Shown one piece after another: positions 57,160 to 64,000 of a stretch of 64,000 nucleotides of DNA. Each line of letters starts with the position of its first letter. Within the stretch, counting starts at the first letter, position 1. Under the pieces are notes generated by a model. It was given only the letters and a program-made list of their open reading frames with translations. It was not told where the DNA came from and made no database searches. Both the position numbers and the translations under genes were made by a program. The stretch lies in the NCBI RefSeq assembly GCF_964355755.1, contig NC_092673.1:17233648-17297647 (forward strand). Direction: 5' to 3'. The stretch comes from Antedon mediterranea (lineage: Eukaryota > Animalia > Echinodermata).

Positions 57160-57324
57160 ACATGGACGTTCTATTCATACAAGAATTAGACAAAGTGTTA
57201 AAGTGTTGAAAACTGGTACCAGTACAATCTACCTGTTAACTCTTTTATCTGTGAATTGAGTAGCGATTTGGTTGCGATGTAATGTTAGCGTGTCATACTA
57301 AATTTCCCCTTGTTTTATGAGAAA

Positions 57325-57705
57325 GTATCCCCTGAATAGGGGTGTCCTAAAGAAGGGATTTACTCCAGTAGTAAAGAGGAGGGATGTGTCCCCTGAATAG
57401 GGTTGTCCTAAAGAAGGGGTTTGCTCCAGTAGTAAAGAGGAGGGGTGTGTCCCCTGAATAAGGGTGTCTTAAAAAAAGTGATTTACTCCAGTAGTAAAGA
57501 GGAGGGGTGTGTCCCCTGAATCTGGATGTGTCCCCTGAATAGGGGTGTCCTAAAGAAGGGGTTTACTCCAGTAGTAAAGAGGAGGGGTGTGTCTCTTGAA
57601 TAGGGATGTGTCCCCTGAATAGGGGTGTCCTAAAGAAGGGGTTTACTACAGTAGTAAAGAGGAGGGGTGTGTTCCCTGAATAGGGGTGTGTCCCCTGAAT
57701 AGGAT
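57325..57705. repeat. ~63-80-bp tandem repeat (GTCCCCTGAATAGGGGTGTCCTAAAGAAGGGGTTTACTCCAGTAGTAAAGAGGAGGGGTGT)
   Basis: ~5 copies inside an insertion absent from the gene 1 paralogous region. Confidence 0.85.
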
Positions 57706-59135
57706 TTCAGTGTACTAAACAGTACATGAATGTTGGTAACAAAGAAAAGACGACAAAACAAATACTGGAACATTTACAAAAAATAACAGTAGGTCTACAA
57801 GCATGTGGGTATAAAACATTGCTACTGTTCCTGTTGCAGACATTACATATTGCTATATTTAGAGATAAGACCATTTTAACTGTTTTTATATTTTGTTGTG
57901 CATTTATATTAGAGTCTCTATGTTGAGATTACAGGCAAAAATCAAATGACAAACATACATTTTTTGAATAAGAATTGATTTAAGTAAGAAGAATATGTGC
58001 TACCCCAGCCCTCATGCCATAAACGAATAATATATTAATAAATTAATTTTAGATTATAATTAGAATGTCTTGAGGAACAAAATATCTCAACTTAAATAAT
58101 ATGCCTATTTTCTTACATTTTGAAATAAACTATGAATATTATTTTCCCATGAAAGAAATTTATCAAACAAGACTAAGTTTCTCTACTTCATTTATTACAT
58201 TCTATCCAATTAAGAGATCCAATTTTGTTTAAAATGTTCCTTCTGTTTTGAAAAATAATTTAAAAAAAATAAAAATAATCCACTCTTGATTCCCCTTTTT
58301 ATAAAAAAAATATTTTCCCCTGAAGGAATTCAACCTTGCTTGTCAAATGAAACGACAACATTATAGTACAGTACAGTAAATGAACTGAGATTAGATATTA
58401 ATTCAATTTTTTTTTTAACTTCAGAGAATATCCAGTTAATTATATAGTTTTATATGCAGAATTACAAAACCAAAAATATATGCAAATGAGACCAGGTAAA
58501 CGGAAGAACAGAATCAGAGCCATATATATAAAGTCGTAACTATATATATATGGCTCTGAACAGAATTAAATCCTTGCACCCTCTAATCCTTCCCCTTACC
58601 ACACTAGACATAGACACAACTGTTAAATCTCACTGTGTTACTAAACGCCACTTCTCTAGCCCAGTTCCATATTTGATCCGATTATTAAACAAACAATGCT
58701 TAAATCTAAATTAATGTTTGATTAATTGTTTATACAGTAGTGTTCAATTTTTTTGTACAGTACTAAATTATTATATTTGTTATGAATGAATTTTATAATG
58801 TCTATTTGTTGAATGAATATATTTTGATGTTTTTTCACTTTTAATTCAATTTGAATTAAACTCAATTCAGTATGCTGCTATGTTTTAATGTTATTCATAT
58901 TTTTTAATAAATACTAAATTATGAATGAAAAACTTATTTGTTTATTTGTAAGGATAGTGTTTTTTGAAGGGGGAGATTTTAACATCGAGGATATAAAATT
59001 ATACGTTCTAGCTATTGTTAAAAATGTATTGTATATTATAGGAATAATAATATCCATTTCAACAACCCGCTGGAGGTCGAGTAATAAAGTTCTTCGATAA
59101 TATTGCAGCGATAAAAATATGTAGACAAATTGTGA

Positions 59136-59210
59136 TTGCGCCCTCTATAAAAAATAAAGTTTTATAAACATCACACGCATTTTATACAGAAAGAATGTCC
59201 GAAACAAGAA
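59136..59210 (+). promoter_or_regulatory. Gene 3 putative promoter and first exon (third paralogue, continues beyond the window)
   Basis: TTGCGCCCTCTATAAAA and AAGAATGTC..AAGAA|gtaagt match 25831-25915; 58470-59250 aligns with 24500-25950. Confidence 0.6.
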
Positions 59211-59484
59211 GTAAGTTTTGTTTCATTATTATCATACCATATCATATACGGAATTCTTTATAATGTGTTGTTTTAATAGCAGGTCTTTTTTTGGATCTTA
59301 TATTCGTATCCTAGGGCTAGGCTATAGGCCCTACCTAGCTAGCTAACAAACTAGGCCAGGTCAGGTCTAGGCTAGGCCCTAGAATAGTAGGGCCTAGCTA
59401 GGCCTCTACTACTACTACTAGCTCTAGGCCGAACCATCTACGTACTACACTACTAGGCCTAGGGGCGCTAGTTCCGTTTCGCAC

Positions 59485-60313
59485 CTGTCTTTTATTTCGA
59501 CTCCAAATGTGTTAAAGAACTTTATCCTGAATACCACACTTTAGAATTAGGCCTAGACCTCATCCATAAGTACTTTTACAATGGAGAATCACAGAAAAAG
59601 TAACAAATATATCCTTTAAATCGATGAAATATACAGACATGTTTCTTGCATGTGGTTTGTGAATTTCGCACACTCCATGTTCAATATTGACATTTCTATG
59701 GAGCGCCAAAAGAGCAACTATAATAGAGGGCTAAAAAGGCAGTGGAATGCGCATATTTAATGCATCTATTGGTGAAAATTACGTTCAATTTAAATATATT
59801 TTATCAATGTTAATACAACTAAACTGTTGATACTGTACATGGTTTTCGACAAATCGACAAATTCATCATCATAAGATGTACTGTAGGTTATATACCTCAA
59901 TGATCTAAATAATATCCGTTGTAGTCCTGGACATAGACCAATTAGATGCTGATTTAGAGTCGTTTAATAATGTTCTTTGAAAACAGCACATTATCGCCAG
60001 TAACATGTAACAATTGACAAAAAATTGTGAATTAAAACGTGTATTTCGTAAATAGATGCATTAAAAGTAGACGCATTCCACTGAATTTTTAACCCTCTAT
60101 TATAGTTGCTCTTTTGGCGCTCCATAGAGACGAAAAAAATGAACTTCGTGTATGCGAAATTTGCGAACGGTGTGCAAGAAACACGTCTGTAAAATCATCA
60201 ATTTAAAGGATTTACTTGTTACTTTTTATGTGATTCTTCTTCATACAAGTACTTATGAGGCTCCAATACTAAGGTGTGGTATTCAAAATAAGTTTGGAGT
60301 CGAAATAAAACAG
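59485..60313. mobile_element. Foldback-type MITE with ~280-bp imperfect TIRs
   Basis: TTTTATTTCGACTCCAAA...TCTATGGAGCGCCAAAAGAGCAACTATAATAGAGGG is mirrored at 60060-60313. Confidence 0.75.
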
Positions 60314-60499
60314 CTAGGGCCAGGCATGGCCCAGGCGATCGGGGAGCCCAATAATGTTGTAAGACGATTGGGACAAGAGACGATCGGGCACAAAATAAAA
60401 ATGTAGGGTCTCACAACTAAATGACAACTCAAGTCAAACAAATGTTTGTGCTCCCGAAGCCATCTTGCAGAGATGACCAGCTGAGAGTAAAAACGGAGA

Positions 60500-62110
60500 A
60501 TATATAACAAGAATGAGTAATCTGCGACTTTTGCATTAGAAATTTGTAACAGAGCGTGGATGCCCGCCCTCATGAGAGCGGATGTATACAGACTAAAGAA
60601 GACTTCATTTGACAGTATATTATGTCATATTATTAATAGAATTATGATAATACAGTAGTAGAACCTTCATTTTACGTACGGTACGCGTGAGACCAAAAGA
60701 CATACGTAAAACATGGGATTCGTAAAATCCAGGTTGACCTTAAATTGACCCCAAATACGTAGATTATAGCTAAAAAGGCTGCCATGTTTGCCTACAGTAC
60801 TTGCACAGCATGCATGTGGTCACTAGCTAGGCCTTGCCTAGACTAATCTAGGCCAGGCTAGCAGGCCTAGCAAGATGTGAGGCCTAACTAGAAAAGTGCA
60901 GTATATACAGGCTGTGCGATGTTTAAATAAAAGTTTTAAAAATAAAATATCAATGTTCTTGTATTTTCCATAATAAAAACAGTCAGTGCTGTAGGTGGAA
61001 TGCACATGTGTAGCTGAGTTCCTCACACATCCATGGCTTTGTGCTTGTTGTTAAATTGCGCCCTCAATGTAAGAAAATGATGATGTCATCAGTCATTTTA
61101 AGCGTACATAAAATCCAGGGAACATAAAACAGAGGTTCTACTGTATATTTAAATTTGATTTCTTTTAATTTAATTTATATTGTTACATGTTTATGTCTCG
61201 TCATATTTTTGTGAGGGTCCCTAATGGTCAGCTTCGGCTGGATGGACCACCCTCATAAAATATTGTTGAAATAAAAATAAATAAATAATGCATTTTATAA
61301 AACATATTTAATAGCAAACTATGGGTACATTCACTTCTACAAAAAATTATTAAAGATGTATTGTCGCTTGAACACAAAAAAATGAAGGTCAAAATATTCT
61401 AAATTTAAATTGGCCATACCAAAGTAATATTAAAGTTATTCACTTTAAGTTGAAAATTTGAGCCAGAAACAAAAATTTTACGTAATTAACAGCTAAATTA
61501 ATTTGATTACATTTCGTCTGGAAAATCGTCGCGAGCGAAAGTAAACAAAGATTTCAAACCTTGAGTATACATTTGCATGATGCTAATTAGGATTGTTTAC
61601 AACTTTTCACGGTTGAGAAGATGGTGTTTTCACACAGATCGCGATGAAGTTTTATGATTATGCATACAGAGGAGCCAAATAAGCGCGTTGCATGAGATAT
61701 GTTTTGATCGAAAACTTTGACTTCCAGTCAAAGTTATTTTTTGAACCAAAAAACATCTGTATTTCAGTTAAATGATTTTTTTTTCTACTAATTTTTGGTG
61801 AAAGTTAATAACTATTATGATACTTCAAAATGACCCACTTTTTTCGAAATCTTTTTTTTTTTTTTTGGAATTTGACAAAGGGACAATACAACTTTAAATT
61901 AGTTCACAAAGAAAGACCGAACCACAACAACAAACATCTACCAAGCGTTACTCAGCATGGTCTATTCTTTGCTGCGTAATAATCTATGCCTGGTAAATTA
62001 AGTAATTTATTTATGATATATATATGTTACATTTAATTAATATTTATTTTTTCTACTAGAAACAAGTTAAATAGATATATTATTAAACTATCCTTCGTGA
62101 AAACAAGTCA
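60500..62110. mobile_element. Fragmented inverted copy of the 24944-25786 MITE, with nested Tc1-like (60652-61145) and Kolobok-like (61354-61893) MITEs
   Basis: ACAAGAATGAGTAATCTGCGA...GCCCGCCCTCATGAGAGCGGATGTATAC matches 25670-25780; GTAGAACCT/AGGTTCTACTGTA and TTAA|AGATGTATTGTC termini. Confidence 0.65.
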
Positions 62111-62972
62111 ACAACAATCTATCTGCTATGCCAGGGCTAGGTAGTGCCATTGTTAACCCACTCACTATAGTTCATCCTCATTATCACTTTGGTAATAGTA
62201 GTGTACAATGATTGACAGAGTATTGACATATTTCATTTTATTATCACTCTGTGTAAATATAACCTAAATGGTAATATTACAGAGAGTTATAAACTGCTGT
62301 GTTCTATTTATTATCTTTGTTTAACATTAGAATACAATGTTAATATTAAATCTATGGTAAAGATTATCTGATAACAAATTGTATAACAGGAACTCAATAA
62401 AACAAAACAAACTAATCATTAATAACAATTTCTACCCTGGTTTTCTGTATAAGTGTTATAATGAACTTGTTATCATATAAACTGTCTGACCAGAGCAATA
62501 TGTAAAAAAATATATTTAGATTATAAAGATAATAAATGTTTGCTAAAGTCTTATGACTGAACCAGACCAGATCAAATGTGAGATAACAAATTACCTACAG
62601 TCTTTAATATGACTATGTATAGTCCCCTGAACCAGACCAGATCAAATGTGAGATAAACAAATTACCTATCAGAGGTCCCTGTAGCCCAACAGAAGATTAA
62701 CCAAAAATGAAATTTCAAATAAAACCAATTTTGACAAATATAGTCAGGGCCGTACACAGGATTTTATTTGGGTGGATGCTGATTAATATATTTTGGACCA
62801 TTTTCATAATATTGATTGAAGACGATAAGACCCTATAAAATGTGGACCTTTTGCAATTGGGGGGGGGGATGTCATCCCCCCCCCCCCCCTGCGTACGACC
62901 CTGATAGTGACCCATGAAACCCAAAAAAGAGAGCACATCAACCAGATCTAACATGGGATACCACATAAGACT

Positions 62973-64000
62973 AATTCAATTCAATTCAATTCAATTCAAT
63001 TCAAAATTCTTTAATCATCCCACACGGGGCAATTCAAATAAAAAGGTCTGGATTAAAATGATCTTACAAAATATACAAAATATCACAATACACAGAACAA
63101 AAAAAAAAAAAAAAAGTCAAGTCAAGGTTCAAGAATTTAAGAGTCGAATAGCCACTGGCAAAAAAGAATTCCTTTTCCGGTTTGTTCTACATGCCGGGCA
63201 TCGAAAGCGACGCCCATGATTCATGAGCTCGAAATCACTGAACAAGGCATGGTTAATATTTTTTAGAATAGCTCTACTTTTTTCTAGAGTTTGCATGTCA
63301 CAGAAAGAAGATAAGCTACGAAGTTGACAACCTATTAATTTAGAACTTAAGTTAACAATTCTTTGTAGTGAGTTTTTCTCTTTGACCCTAAGACTAAAAA
63401 ACCAGCATATAAAGGAAAAAGTTAAAACGTTCTCAATAAAGGAATTATAAAAAACCCTAAGAATTACTTTATCGACATTAAAATGGTTCAGCTTCCTTAA
63501 CAGATAAAGTCTCTGGTGTCCTTTCTTTACTATTGCCTCTGTGTTTAATTCCCAGCCGAGATTGTCCTCAAATATAGTACCTAGGTATTTAAAGGAATGG
63601 ACAATATCGACTGGTTCGTCATTTATAATGGATACCCGGGGGTTGCGTCCTTTCTCCTTCCTAAAATCTACAATCATCTCCTTGGTTTTGGTCACATTGA
63701 GTTCCAAGTAGGAGTTTCCACAAAATTGGATAAAATCATCTAAAGCGGAACCATGGCCGTCCTGTGAATTTTGAAGGAGAGACAGCAAGACAGTGTCGTC
63801 AGCAAATTTAACAAGATGACTATTGTCCTGTTTGCTGCGACAGTCATCCGTGTATATAATATACAGGAGAGGAGAGAGGACGCAACCCTGGGGGGATCCA
63901 ATACTTGTCATACGTACATTCGATTGTCTTTGGTTAACTAAGACCCTCTGACATCTGTTCGTAAGAAAACTTATAATCCATAATACAAAATCACGTTGAA
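62973..64000 (-). mobile_element. Rex1/Babar-like LINE 3' portion (RT ORF open to the stop at 63129)
   Basis: GSPQGCVLSPLLYIIYTDDC, KFADDT, KTKEMIVDFRK, QRLYLLRKL; (TTGAA)n tail. Confidence 0.9.

Overview
AT-rich metazoan genomic DNA with GT-AG introns, possibly from an invertebrate deuterostome such as an echinoderm (inferred, not proven). It holds a + strand tandem cluster of three paralogous genes. Gene 1 (window start to ~20.7 kb, 5' end outside the window) splices in frame to [ankyrin repeats]n - cap - Roc GTPase - COR - tandem death-effector-domain (DED)-like. Each ankyrin repeat is a separate phase 0-0 exon in a ~327-bp tandem cassette. The introns are near-identical (four are exactly 219 bp), while the exons vary by non-synonymous changes and in-frame indels on the predicted binding face. 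This suggests a diversifying, exon-shuffled ANK-ROCO-DED innate immune receptor family. Gene 2 (~25.85-57.2 kb) keeps six ankyrin cassettes, the cap exon and the last exon but has lost all Roc-COR-DED exons, and it still splices in frame (possible ankyrin-only decoy). Gene 3 starts at ~59.15 kb. The first intron of gene 2 contains an old DIRS retrotransposon with nested Academ-like, HINE-like and LINE insertions, plus an intact, young, GC-rich DIRS element (42768-48136). The rest of the window has MITEs, LINE fragments and minisatellites. All gene models were derived by hand from splice signals and reading-frame phase, with no transcript evidence.
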